Shown here: in pieces, positions 47,823 through 60,999 of the stretch
How the letters are laid out: each line of letters starts with the position of its first letter
Position numbering within the stretch: the first letter of the stretch is position 1
NCBI GenBank assembly: GCA_010015805.1
Contig: ML978121.1
Coordinates: 620,001 to 684,000, forward strand
Length of the DNA stretch: 64,000 bases
From: Rhizodiscina lignyota
Taxonomy: Eukaryota
Direction of reading: 5' to 3'
The notes under the pieces: model-generated
The model's database searches: none
Told to the model about the DNA's origin: nothing
The model's input: the letters and a program-made list of their open reading frames with translations, nothing else
Position numbers and translations under genes: made by a program

Positions 47823-49765
47823 GAGCAGAGGTAGCACTAGGCATGATGGGAATGCGGAAAACAGTGTTGACCGTTGGGATTTTGCGTACTGTATTCACAT
47901 TGATTGATTTGTCTGCCTATCTAGACCATGACGCGAATTCTGTTATATAGAACTGCATTGTATTCACTCAAACTGCTTGTACATATCCTTCTCCAGCACT
48001 TTCCACATCGTTTAGCAATAGATGAATGCCAGAAGTTGATTATTATATACCACAAATAGCTAGAAGTCCACAGCGCAGATACAAGACGCTCGTGATATGG
48101 GGAAACGACAGTTCATTCTCGAAATATTAGGACTTGGCGAGCGACACACTTGAGTTCTCGTGAGTTCTCGTCATGGTTGTTGTGAAACTCGCAATGCTTG
48201 TTGTGGGGTCATCAACACAATGTAAAATGGAGTTAAGATAAACAGCAATGCATGCTATGGGGATGCACGGTATGGGATATGTGTAGAAGAGGCTGTACGA
48301 GGTGATAGATAGGAGATACCACAAAGCTGGAAGCTCGTCCTTCCGGTGGACAAGGCGCAGGCGCAGTCTGCTTATTGATCGATTGTCTGAAATAGAGCTC
48401 AAGAACCTTGAAGCACGTATGCGAAAACCCTCGGGTTCATATCTAACAGGCCTGATGTGGGATATCAGAACGCAGGTAGAGGTTGTGGTGGAGTGTCTGC
48501 CGTTGCTCAAAGGGCGCAAGCTTCGCGCGAGTTTCGAAAGCTCTTAAGTTAAGACTACGAACGCAAGGCGACCGGTAGCAAAGTATAACGTTCTGAGCGT
48601 TCTACTCATTGAATCTGTGCTCTTTTTCTTCCAAATCGGACATCTTTACCTTATAAAAATAGACAGATTAAGCAGTCAAGTCATTCGAGGTGTCCTGGTG
48701 GAACACTGCCTGATGGGCGCCATACTGGCGACAAACGCAGCAGCCGCTCGCATGAGGGGCCCACTCGGTTCAGAATCACGAGCGAACTGTTTTTCACACA
48801 AAGTAATAATGAACAATCGTAGGGTTATCATGTCGATTCCATTCTTCATTTGCTACACAAGAAAGACCAGCGGGCAACCTGCAAAATTCGCTCCTATGCA
48901 TTTTCCATCCAAGAGAAAAGAAACACTAAGCCCTCACCCACTTGTCCAGCCCGACCATAACCCCCTTACGGTACAGTCCTGCAGAAGACGCGGCACCCAA
49001 AGAAGGAAGAGAGAAGGGGGTTTAACATGCAGAAGGCTCGAAAGGTATTTGTTTGTACACGCGCAGCGGTATCTTCGGAGCAAAAAGCAAAATGGGGAAA
49101 GGTGCTTGCCAGCAGCTTGATCTCTCTCATCAACACAAGACTTCCGCTAGAGTACGACTTGTGGCCTGTCGCGGGATACCCGCGCGCGTGGCCAGTAGCG
49201 TCGCCTCCCTCCGTCTCTGCGATGAATGAGGAGATCATCCGCATTCCGCACCGCTTAGGAAAGAGCCACAGACGTAAGGCAAAAGAGGTGTGGAGAATAT
49301 TAGAAGGGTACTGTGACCCTTTGAGCATGGCAAAAACATAGCAAGCAGATGCCGGGAGCGAACAGAATAAACAGAAGAGGACATTCCCTAGGATGCAGCA
49401 TGCAGTTTAGAGGAAAAGTGGTATATAGTCAGAAGGCAAAGGGGAGGGCAAGGAAGAGCGCAGACGAGAAGGCCACTGTCGGAAAGTTGTTGTCTGCGCT
49501 GGTGGGGTGGGTCTACCAGCCACATGAAGGGTGGTGTTGTTCCAACTATTTGCCTCGAAAGAAAAGTCCCAGTAGAACGCCGATTATCCCATGGAAGAAG
49601 AGAAGATTCGTCCATCGGCGTGATAGAAAGGTATTAAGCTCCAGCAAATTTGACAAAGGGGATTTAATCGAACTTGAACATGCGGAAGTCGGAGAGGCGA
49701 TGAAGAGTCTTAAAAGGCTCGGCTCGGAGAGGGTATCAAAGGAGTGGTTGAGCGTTGCTGCCTTT

Positions 49766-51660
49766 TCACATGTGGCCCTGCGAAAGGCTGGAAGGGTCAA
49801 TGGTGTCGAAGGAGACCATGTTGTTCATGTCCATGTGAGCGTCGTTCTGCTCATGCTCCTGCTCCATCGGAGAACGGAACGGTAGAGTCATGGTCGATTT
49901 GCCGTACATGTCTCCAAGAACCATGTGATCATCTGCGATGGCATGCTCCGGGCCCATCTGGTACATCTCAGTAGAGTCGCGACCCATGGAAGTAAGTGGA
50001 GGGGACTGGTTCGCAATGACAGGATCGCCGTGAGGAATTGGCATGGGCGATACAGACTGCGGTCCGGTAACGTGCATGTCAGGCATGGGAGACATGTAGT
50101 TAACCGGAAACTGCGGTTGGAAGTTTGGATTGGCGTTCGAAGTGATGGCCTCGGGCGGCGGACCGGATGTGAAGAACGCTGGCGTGCCGTAGTCTGATGG
50201 TGACGGCGCGGTAGTTGCAGACATGGGGTACTGACGGAAATCCATACCATAACCAGCAGAAGTGTCAATGCTGAGGTTAGGTCCGATCGGGCCAGTACCA
50301 CTGTGGTGTTGCGGCATTGGCGCGTAGATCTCCTGTTGATGTTGAGGAACAGGCGGACCAAATGGTCCAGGCGGTGGAGGGCGTTGCTGGTGGAGTTGTT
50401 GCTGGTGCATGAGGAACGAAGGCATTGGCTGACGCATCTGCGAAAAGTCCATTGCAACGGGCACAGACCGGGAACGCTGTCTCTTGTGACCCCTGCCAGG
50501 ATGGAGACCCATGGGAAACGGAGGCTCTTGAAACGCACCCATGTGCGGGTGTATCAGGTGATTGGGCTGAGAAGCGGGCCTAGCACCGATAGGCGATACT
50601 GGGGCCGAGACTGCCAACGCAGCGTTTGCGTCGAACGGATTGTGCCTATTCTGGAACGACTCGAGAGATATCAGCTTCGCCAGTTGTCCGCTCAGCACCT
50701 TCGGATGGCCACCAAGATGGTGGACGAGGATCTGCGAGGCTTGCTGATCCTCTGTAAAGTCGCCGCACTGGTAGAAACCGCCACCACCGGAAGAGTCCAT
50801 GAAGAAGTGTGGTGGACGTGTGAGCTCGACAATCAAGCCGCCAGGCTTCTGCGAAGCACCCTCGGCGTTGCTAGCTGGATCCGGGTTCTCGAGGGTGATG
50901 TTCTTGATGAACGCGAAGGGATACTCGATCTTGTATCCAGCAGAGTCATTGTTGATGTAGTACGTGACGCAGCATTTGTCGGGAGAGTAGAAGATGACCA
51001 GATCCATGGCACTCTGGCCGACGCGGCGCCACGAACCAATGCTGAGAGACCGGCAAGCGAAGTGGTGGATTACTGGAGACAGTGTTAGTTTGAAGTCATG
51101 TCAAGTACTCATGAGTCGATGTACGTACCGACTTTGGCAGAACTACTTTCAGTGTTGAGAAGCATACCGTTACCATACGCAGCCATGCCGTTCCGGGCAA
51201 GGAGTTCGCGTCCCAGGGACTTTCCAGACTCCATAGCCTGTAGCGCCAAGTACCTCCTCATCGACTCGGGGATACCATCGCAGTCCTCGCCACTCTCTAT
51301 GCTCTTCTTCGCAATGTTCTTTATTTTTGCGCGCCTGTTCTGCGTGTTTAGTAACACTTTCAGGGGACATGGTTTTGGAGATCACACATACCTATTCTGG
51401 AACCAAATTTGAACCGAACGCTCCGTCATGTTGATTTCCTGCGCAATCCTTTCGCGAACAATGGCCGTAGGTGTGGGGTTCTTGTTGAATTCCATTTCCA
51501 GCGTGATAAGCTGGTCTTGAGTTGCCCTCTGACGCTTCTGGTTCTTCTGCTGTTGCGTCAACGTACTCTTCCGAGGCGGACGACGCGAGGCAGATGAAGC
51601 AGAGGAGGGGTGGGCGCCGGAGGCCGAGGCCGCCGGCGAGGGAGTTGTGTTCATCTCCAT
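49766..51660 (-). CDS. Homeobox transcription factor, Pho2/Grf10-like (3 exons)
   Basis: Homeodomain [23 protein letters not shown]...[20 protein letters not shown], followed by [11 protein letters not shown]...DLVIFYSP...YKIEYPF and a Q/P-rich tail. Confidence 0.9.
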
Positions 51661-54450
51661 GAGAGGTAAAGAGATTGAAGGTGTTGCTCGAAACGACGGC
51701 GGATTTCCACGCGCGATTCGCGTCGGCAGGGTCGAACCAATACAAAGGTAGGTCGAAGTTGGTGAGGTCTAAAAGTGGTCGTGACGATTCGTGATCGGGA
51801 TGGCAAAGAAGGTGTGGTAAAAGTTGGCTGTGGTATCAAAGCTCGAGCTCGTTGGCAGAGCTTCGCGCGGTAAGCTTGAAAGGAGAGTATCCGCACGGCT
51901 CTGAGAAAATTCCGGCGTCGTCCAGACGGGAAGAATTGGGTGGTAAAATGCTTCGCTGTCTGCTAGCAGGAAGGCTGTCGAGGTCGGCCGAAGAAGCGAC
52001 TGTAAAGTTGAAAGGGTCGGCCTGGTCGAATTTGGGGGGTGGTGGTGTGGAAACAAAGGAAGGGACAGCGCGGTGCCAAAATGAACGTCGCGGGACCCGA
52101 AAAGGAGTGACGGGTGCACCGAAGAAGCGTGAAAGAGCGAAGAGAGAAGAGAGAGCGAGCAGAAGATGGGCTCTCGAGGCGATGGATACAAGCAAAGGAG
52201 ATGGAGTTGAGGGGGGAGGGTGCGAGAGGGCGAGGGAGTTCGGGGGAAAAGCGAGTAAGTGCAGCGAGTGGGCCGGCGACTTGCGATGGCTCCTGCGGCA
52301 AAGCGACACGCGCCCGCATCGGCCTAGCGCCCCAGCTGCCGCACGCCTAGCCCCGATGCGGCCTGGTCGCCAAGGATCATGCGTTGGAGGGAGCACAACT
52401 CTATTTCGAGCGGGCGACGATGCGCGGGAGCAGCAGAGCAGTGCTGCGCGCTGTTGAACAGTTGAAGTGCTGGACGGGCGGCACCCCGAGAGCTCTACTG
52501 TCGTCTGCCCCAGCCGTCGAAGGCCCGCTGGCCGCGATGCCTTCGTCCCGCGGCGGCCTCTCGCTCAGGAACGCTCCCCAGATAGGCACAGCTACAGCTC
52601 ACTCATCCGTCACCTTTTACCCGGTCACATCATGGCAGCACTAGCAGCGTGCACCCTCACTTGACAGCTGCCACCGCCTGCCGCCAAATCTGACGACCCG
52701 CTGCGAGTCCAGCAGACGCACCTCCCCCTCTGCTTCCCTCTCCCACCTCTCTCGCGCCCCGAATACGGTGCTGCGAGCAAGTCTGGGCGAGAGCTGTGTA
52801 CCGGCATCACCCACGCAGCGTCAGCCTTCTTCCAGGGCAGGCAGGCGGAACTTTTTTCTTTTCAGGAGAACAACCCCATCAGCAAACCCCCGTTGGCTCT
52901 TGACCCTTAGCTCCACATCGCGTCCCTCGAAGCTTGCACGCATCGCCGCTCCCCATTCGCCCAGCTCACGCGCCGGCCGTTGGGCCGACCCCAACATCGA
53001 TGCTGGCCGTGCTGCGTGCCTCTCTGTCTGACATGCCCGTCATGCAAATCTACAGGCCACATCGATTTTGTGCTAACCCGCGAACAGCGACGCTGCGCCT
53101 CCAGCTCCCTTCCAAAATGCTTCCACTGCTGTTCTGGAGCTCGCCCTGAGTTCACCTTCGACCAGATCGATAGCGTCGAAGCGCACGGCAAGAACGTGAC
53201 CCCCGTGCCAATAACGTCTCAGATATGGCCTCGCGCTCCCTCACTGCTCCGTGGTGACACACGTGTCCGCGCGCGATGCCGATTGCCAAGTGCCTGCGAC
53301 AAACTGACAGCACGCTCTGACGCGAGAGCAGGGGCCTCAAACCCTGGCTTGCTTGTTCTGCTCTGCTGCAGGTACAGCACTCGGGTTCCTGGCTAGCTGC
53401 TTGAGGCAAGCAATGCTCCGAGCGCTTCCCGCTCGCTGCTCTGGTCGGCTAGCTCGCTGGATCGTGGGAAGCTCCCACGCGCGAGAGATGTACGTGGCCT
53501 CGAAACATTTCTCGCTGCTGCGCGCATTTATTGCGCTCTGTGCCCGATGAGACGAAACTTGCTCTGCCTGTTTGAGCCTCACGGTTTGAGAGTGAGAAAC
53601 TACTAAAGCAAAGGGCGGCAGACGACCTGACGCCTTTTCGCGTCCGTTGGTTCCGGCACCCTTGGACGCTCGCGCCCTTGTCGCCTCACCCCCGTTGGCG
53701 AGGATCGCCTTCCAGCATCGCATGGTTAGGCCCTTGGTCAAATTGGCTCGAATCGAGGCGCTCGAAGCAGCCCTCAACCGCAACGCCACGCTTCCAGGGC
53801 GTGGCATATTTTGTGCGTTTGGATAAGGCTGGCGCAATGTCCGCTATCAACGCCATGCGATGCTCGATCTAGAACAACATGCTCGTATGATCGTCTGTAT
53901 AAACAACAGACATCTGACGACAGATTTGAGAACGAAAATTTATCGTACCATTATGCGGATGAGACTGCTGCTACTGAGAGACCTCCTCTATCGCCAAATA
54001 AAAATAACCTCTACAATTGTCAGGCATCTTCATCCATTTCTCACATACATGTGTGCCAATACCTGTCGTCATCGTACCATGGCCTGATGCACTCCTTCTT
54101 GGCCCCGTAATGGCCAGAGAAACAACGTCTAGCCGCTGTCTGAATAATACATATGTAGGCCTTTGTCATTGTAGCTTTATACACAGCATCCCCTGTTGGA
54201 TATGACTCTGACCCTGCAGATGCCTCCGCTCTATCCCGATCCTACCAAATACCCTAAATAGCCGTCCCGTCTGCAACAGCCGCCACAGAAGCGAAGACAG
54301 GCTCTTTACATGCAGATCAAGAGTATAGTTTCTATAGCCGATTACTATAGTTGAGCTCAGCCGCCTTCCTGGGATTCGCTGTAATGCTCCGAAGCCCCTG
54401 CAGAATCAGGAGGGGGAAACGCTCTCCTGCAGTCCTGGTTTTGCCGGGGT

Positions 54451-55759
54451 CTAAGACGAATACTGCAACTCGACACCAACTGCCCTGAAGATCTGTTCCC
54501 TTCTCCTCAGATCGAAGCTGACTCCCAGGGAGAACAGCAGTTCCTTGATACGTCCTTCCCACAGCACTCCGATGCGCCAGTTCTGATCGACGCGTGTCTT
54601 GAGCACGCCTGCAACATCTGGATTCGGATCTCCGATTGTACCAGACGCAGTCTTCCACCCTGGTCGTATCAAGCGTGTGGCCCATTCAACGTCTGACTCT
54701 GCCGGGCTGGGCTGACGTCGCCGCCACAACTCCATGCCGAGTTGCAGATCCGACTCGTAGGAGTAGAAGTTGAAGTCGAAGCGAGAGCAGAGTGCGAGAT
54801 TCTGTCCTGCTTTCACAGCGTATGTGGAGGAGAGATTGCCCATTAGCGGGTTCAAAGTCACAGTCATGGTATACGGAAATCCCGTGTGCCTTGGTAACGT
54901 CGTGAATCGCACTCCTGTACTCACACCTCCAGACTTGTTCAGCAAGCCATAGTAGAGCTCTGCACCGGCGCTGAAGCGTCCGACGACCGGCTCTTGTAAC
55001 GCCTCGAGAGCAGGTGGGAGCTTGGGAGTGTGGCGCGGGTCTGGGCCAAAGTTATACAAGCCCCGTACCCCAAGAAGACCACTATCGGTGCTGTACAGAT
55101 ATTCGGTGCTGTACTTCCCATAGTCATTCTGGAGGACCGCAAGGACTGTGCCGCCATTTGCGAGAGTAGAGTCGCTCACAGCGGAGACTTTGAGCTGTCT
55201 AGTTGGACTTATCCGGCGAAGATAGAGCGCCTCGAGAGTCGATCGAGGGAGGTATAGTCGGCCATAGAGCAATGCGTCTGTACCAGCATGTCAATTTATG
55301 TGTTATACACATGGAGAGAGGCCGTGAATTTACCCCTCCTATCTGTCCGCTTGCCGCGTTGCCATGTCTCCCACCAGTAAGGATTGTCAGGAGCGCGGAG
55401 CTCTCGTGAATGTCGATACCCTCTGATCACATTCCGGAGGTCTATTTCACCACTCTTCGATGGCGCTCTCAGCTGAAGGGATGAATAAAGGTAGGATATC
55501 GAGCCGTCTACGACGCCTACGCTACCTAGAGTATACGAGGTCGCAAAGTTCGGAGCGGAGAGGGACGAAACATGTAGTCGAAGCCCACGAGGGATATCAA
55601 AGTTGAGGAGGGCTTGAATGAAAAGTCAGCATGCAATCATCTGTTCGATCAATCATACACACATTGCGCAGTAGCCGTCAAGTTGGCATAGGAGTTGTCG
55701 TGGTTCCAATGCGTCGCATTGTAGAACGCGTGCTGCACATAGTCCATGAACCCGAACAT
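54451..55759 (-). CDS. MDM10: Mitochondrial outer-membrane beta-barrel Mdm10 (ERMES/SAM)
   Basis: [64 protein letters not shown] and C-terminal GVELQYSS. Confidence 0.94.
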
Positions 55760-56102
55760 GGTCTTTGCGAGCAGCACCTAGACATACTGGGCACGCATGT
55801 CAGGCCTATCACCGTGAGGCCGACATATTGTACGCCTTAAGAGGTATGCTGGGCTGTCATCTGATTCCGTTCATTTCTGTGATGCGGCTCTCGTTCAGAC
55901 ATGGTCCAAGCTCTCGCGAAAATTTGGACCCACTTAAAATTTGGACTTCAAAATTTCCCCGCGATGGTCAAATTCAGGCAAGAGTGCAATACACTCCTAC
56001 ATCAGTCAATCGCCTCACACTCCAAAGAGCCACCAGAATCCTTGGTACATCTTCGCTACCCTCCGATATTGTCCACGCAATACTTCCTTCCCTACCAGAA
56101 CA

Positions 56103-56933
56103 ATGCCGAAGTCGAAGCGCGCAAAGGTCGTCCACCTCTCGAAGGTGGAAAAGAAAGGCAAAGAATTGTCGCAGAAACTTTTCGATGGCGTTCGAGAAGC
56201 GGCAGATCAGTACCAATACATTTTCGTCTTCTCTGTGGAGAACATGCGGAATACATATCTCAAGAATGTTCGAGCAGAGTTCTCAGACAGCAGGTAACTA
56301 CTATGCGATTCCGACCACATCAGTCCAGGAAGTCTGACTTACTCGATCGCAGAATATTTTTCGGCAAGACCAAAGTCATGGCGAAATCCCTGGGCAGTTC
56401 TCCTGAAGACGAATATCTCCCCAATCTATCACAACTCACTCCACACATCACTGGCAACGTCGGCCTCCTCTTCACCTCGCGAGCGCCCTCCGACGTCATA
56501 CAATACTTTGCAGACTTTAGCGAGGTCGACTATGCGCGGGCGGGAGTATCAGCGACCAGAACCTTCACAATCCCAGAAGGAGTCGTCTATTCTCGCGGCG
56601 GAGAAGTACCGGTCGAAGACGACGAGCCACTGTCACATTCCTTGGAAGTGACGTTGAGGAAATGGGACATGCCTGTGCGGCTTGTCAAGGGTAAAGTGGT
56701 ACTAGACGGTGACTATACCGTGTGTAAGGAGGGGCAGGAGCTCAATAGCCATCAGACGGCATTATTGAAAATGTTCGGAGTAGCGATGGCTGAATTCCGA
56801 GTAGACCTAAAGGCGTAGGTGGCCGTTCTTCACGTTTTACCGGCGTACATATATCTAATATTGGAGCAGGTACTGGAGCGCAGCGTCCCAGGAGGTGACA
56901 GAGGTTGCAAGCAATGAGGAGGTGGAAGAGTAG
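56103..56933 (+). CDS. MRT4: Ribosome assembly factor Mrt4 (uL10-like), 3 exons
   Basis: MPKSKRAKVVHLSKVEKK, NMRNTYLK, IFFGKTKVMAKSLG, GNVGLLFT and QTALLKMFG. Last exon YWSAASQEV...EE*. Confidence 0.94.
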
Positions 56934-57555
56934 ACATGAACTGTGAAGCATTTGCATTGCACTGGCGTTCTGGATAAGGGCAGGGGCAAGAGCTTGTTAT
57001 GTGACATGAAAAAGCGGGGAAAAGACTTTGATGGGATGAATATATTGTGTGCTCAGTTGGGATGGCCCGCCATATCATAGCGACACCTGGATATCTATGT
57101 GATTACGCGGGCAGCAAACCATTCCCAGCGCTTCATGTTCACGAATACTATCAATGGTTCTTCAGACCGTATCGAGGACACGTGCTCGAGCTTGAAACAC
57201 GCAAGGCAGAGACTTCATTGACTTCACTAATAACACCCGCCGACATGGTATCTGCGGATCTTTCTTCCAGCGGCTACACACGGGACCAACCTTAATTCAG
57301 AGCCGTCAATACACTGCTTGGCGCTTCGCACTTCTACTATAAAAACTCATCTTCTGCCTGAAACCTTTCTCTTCTTTTCAACAACCTCGATTTATTACAC
57401 CACATCGAACACCAAATCCTCGCAACCCATATGCCACTCTCCCAGACACCTCATTACACCTGCACTTGCACTTGCACTTGCTTTTAATTTGCTACTGTTT
57501 CATTTGTGGAACTTCATTTTAGAGCAGACTGCTGACATTGGCGACTCAGACGTTC

Positions 57556-57845
57556 CAGCCAAACCTACCTCAATACCCAGATGAATCAACTTGGTTCGTC
57601 TACTATCTACAACCAAACCTACCTCAACACCCAGCTGAACCAACTTGGTTCGTCTACTATCTACAGCCAAAGAGCTTGTTCTTTCACTCTCGTCGAAGGC
57701 AGATATCCTCTGCAAACTATTATACCTCTTCACTGGTATGTGCTTAACAGCACCCACACAGATGAACCAATCTGATTCGTCTACTCTCTACAACTAAGGA
57801 GCTTGCTCCGTTTTACTCTCATCGAACGGAGATATTCTCCATTAT
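57556..57845. repeat. Nested direct repeats: two 54-bp tandem units plus a diverged ~85-bp duplicate
   Basis: ccaaacctacctcaaYacccag.tgaaYcaacttggttcgtctactatctaca at 57559 and 57613. Segment ~57629-57710 is repeated with divergence at ~57755-57840. Confidence 0.8.
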
Positions 57846-58734
57846 CCGTCTCCACAAATGGACAGATCGTCCACAAAGCCTACTCTTCTTCTCTGCCGGA
57901 TGGAGAGATTCTCAACAGCTATTTTGTGCCTCTTTACGGAAGGGTCCGCCTCAAATTGACGCCCGAACATTTTTGGTTAAGCGATCCATTCAAATCCGCA
58001 GATCGATATACACACCATGACAAGAATGTCGACATCAAGCTTCGAACCGAAAAAATCGAAAGAGGCTTCGAGACCTTTGGTCCTCTGCGTTGTTGGCATC
58101 TCTCGTCAATGGCCCAATCCTGCCAAAGTCCCAAGCGTTGTCGCACCATCTTCGCTCTCCATCCGAACGCTTTCTCGAGGCGTCATCATCAGTCGACTCC
58201 GGTTACTGCTTCCGAATGGAAAGGTGATGGCACATCTCAACATGAATGAATGGCGCATGAGGTGAGCCACAATGTTGTTGTTGCTTAGTTATATTGCTCG
58301 TTGCATTTCTCCCCCTTCGATTCACCTCAAACTCGTCATTTATATCATGCCCTCATCACTCCCGGATACAACAACAACGGACTGCTTAAAGCCAAATAAG
58401 TAGTCGGACAAAGAGGTTGACAGGTAAGTGTGCTCCCAACCTTGAGATTGCTAACTGCCTATAGACGTAACACAGAGACGCGTTGACTACTTCTACCTTC
58501 TAATGTGAAACGACCTGACCACCACGAGAACGATTCTACGCATCCAAGGAGTGGCTTCGAGGAACCGAGCTGTATGGAAGGAGATCTAATACTGTATTGG
58601 GAACGTTATGGAGCTGTATTTACAAGTCATATTCAGGCAAATGCCGAGTCATTGCATCAATCTCAGATTTTATCGTCATATCTCTGCGTTCATGTCGTTC
58701 ATTCAAGTGAAACGTACGTCTTAAGAAACCCAAC

Positions 58735-60999
58735 TTAGAATTTCGCTTCACCGTCATGAGCCGTCGGTCCCTTGTAAGCCTCATCTGCCACAGCCTCCAT
58801 ATCATACGGCGTATTATCGCTATCATTATCATAAACAAGACTCGGGTTTCGAATCTCGTCGCCAACTTCAAGCCAGCGATCACTGGTCGCCGGGATAGGG
58901 AAGACCTTGCACAGGATCCAGTACATCCCACTCGCGATGATGAAACCGCAGAAGAAATTCAGGTTATAGATATACGTGGCGCCGATGGGAACCTTCGTAC
59001 CGACAGCACCGGCGAAACCGACAACGTTGATCAGGATACCAGCAATGTAGGCTGCGTAGCCTCGCCAATGGACACCGAAAGTGTAGTAGTATGGTGCGGT
59101 GCGGCGAGCGGAGTAGAGGTCCTTGATCTGGAAGTAGCCCCTGCGAACGAAGTAGTAGTCGCTTACGATTACGCCAGCAATGGAGGACAGGAACACTGAG
59201 TAAGCCGAGAGATATGTTGTGAACTGGTTTGATGAGGACAGGAGGTTCCACGGGCACATGGCAAGGCCAATAGCAGCGCAGATGTAACCACCACGACGAA
59301 TGTTGAGGAAGCGGGGTAGCAGGGCGGTCATGTCTGTTCCGGCGGATACGGAGTTGGCTGCGATATTGGTACCGAGCTGGGCGAGGCAGAACGCGGTCGC
59401 AATAATGAAGACACCGAAGCGTTGAGCTGAACCGCCCTCATCGAGGAATTGTGTAAGAACATCAAGGGGGTTCCAGACTGGGCCGCCGAGTTCGGGCCAG
59501 ATAACCACGGAGGCGGACGAGACCATAATGCCAATGAACGACGTAACAGCGAAGCCGATGGGGATGGTGAACAATTGTGACCACAGTGCATCGCGAGGTT
59601 TGCCAGCGAAACGAGCAAAATCTGGATCGTTGACGATGAGTGTCGCGAAGTTGGCGATGGCCGACATAATGCCCTTGATTACTTGCCATGCGAGATCGCT
59701 GCCGGTGACGGTGCTCTTCTGATGGATGACCGGTCCAGCACCTTTCGCGCGCACGAGAGCCCAGATGAAGAATGCGATACCAGCGGTAGGCACAAAGTAG
59801 GCCTTAACAGTGAAGAGGTGACGAATCTTGTGCACTGGGAACCAGATTGCGGGTAGAGAGCCAACCCAGAAGAGGAAGAATGAGACAAACATGACCTAAA
59901 GTTACAGAGTACACGTTAGCCGATTTCCATTGATGTGACTCCTGCACTGCTTGAACGTAAAACCAGGGAGAAGTGCGAGAAAACTTAGCCATTTGTCGGA
60001 CCTGGCGAACCAACAAACGAACTTTTTCGAAGTGCATTGCAAGATCAAGAAAACGATAGCTGGAAGATAAAATCGCAATCAATTGTAACTCCAGATGACT
60101 TACCACATTGGTGCCGGAGCCAGACATGGTGTTTGCGTATTTGGGATTCTTAGGGTCCCATGAATTCCAGATCGCGCGAATCATGAGCTGAACACATTCG
60201 CCTTGGTGAAGTTAGCTCTGGCGTTGAAGCATGAGACTGTAGATTCATACCTCCGATCCAAGCCTGAACGCCGTACCAAATGCAAGCCATGGCAGCACGA
60301 TTAAAGACGGGCCACAGCGCGCCCCAGATGCCAAACGATGCGCGAGAAACAATGGGAAATCCGATGTGATACGTCGAGCCAATACGTCCAGTCAAGCAGA
60401 CGAAGCAGGCGGCGATCGCGTAACCCGACCAGACGCAGAGCCAGGACTGCCACCAGGACAGTCCAGCGACGACCATGGAAGACGAAATCATCCAGGTATT
60501 GATATTGAACGAGTCAGCAACCCAAAAGCCGACGAAGTTCCATGCGCCCCATTGCCGTCTTTCAGGTTCAACAGGTTTCAGATCCTCGTTCGTCAACTGG
60601 AGACATGTCAGTTGATCTTCTTCTTTCAAATGGACGGGCTCAACAAGTCCTGACCATCAATTGGGTAGTAGACAAGCCCGGCTCATGGCTGACGGCGAGC
60701 TTGTTGGCAAAGTGAGCCAACTTGGAATCTTTGACTTTTTCCATGATGAAATCGACGAAGATGTTGGAGTCTTCGTCGTCTGGGCTCCTCTTAGAACGGT
60801 CTTGTCGCGAAATATGGTCTAAGCTTCCCCGCAAATTACGATGACGTTGATTCGATACCGCAGTACTGGACGAAGAAGAAGAGGAATAACGTTGGATCAG
60901 CGGCTGGCGCTCCTGACCCGTGACAATTTCAGCGCTGGTACTGGCGAGTGACGGATATTCGTCGAGCTCGATTGCCTGATGGCCATCTTGCGAATGCAT
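58735..60999 (-). CDS. NCS1-family nucleobase permease (Fur4/Dal4-like)
   Basis: [76 protein letters not shown] and PWNLL. Start is at 60999 or 60744. Confidence 0.93.

Noticed and set aside
51769..53872. Many overlapping 60-200 aa ORFs upstream of the homeobox gene
   Set aside because: These are expected in GC-rich non-coding DNA. They show no recognisable motifs and mostly have non-ATG starts.
7290..55759. Functional cluster of mitochondrial genes (PPR, MOCS1, MWFE, RSM7, MDM10)
   Set aside because: They are spread over ~48 kb among unrelated genes, which is consistent with chance.
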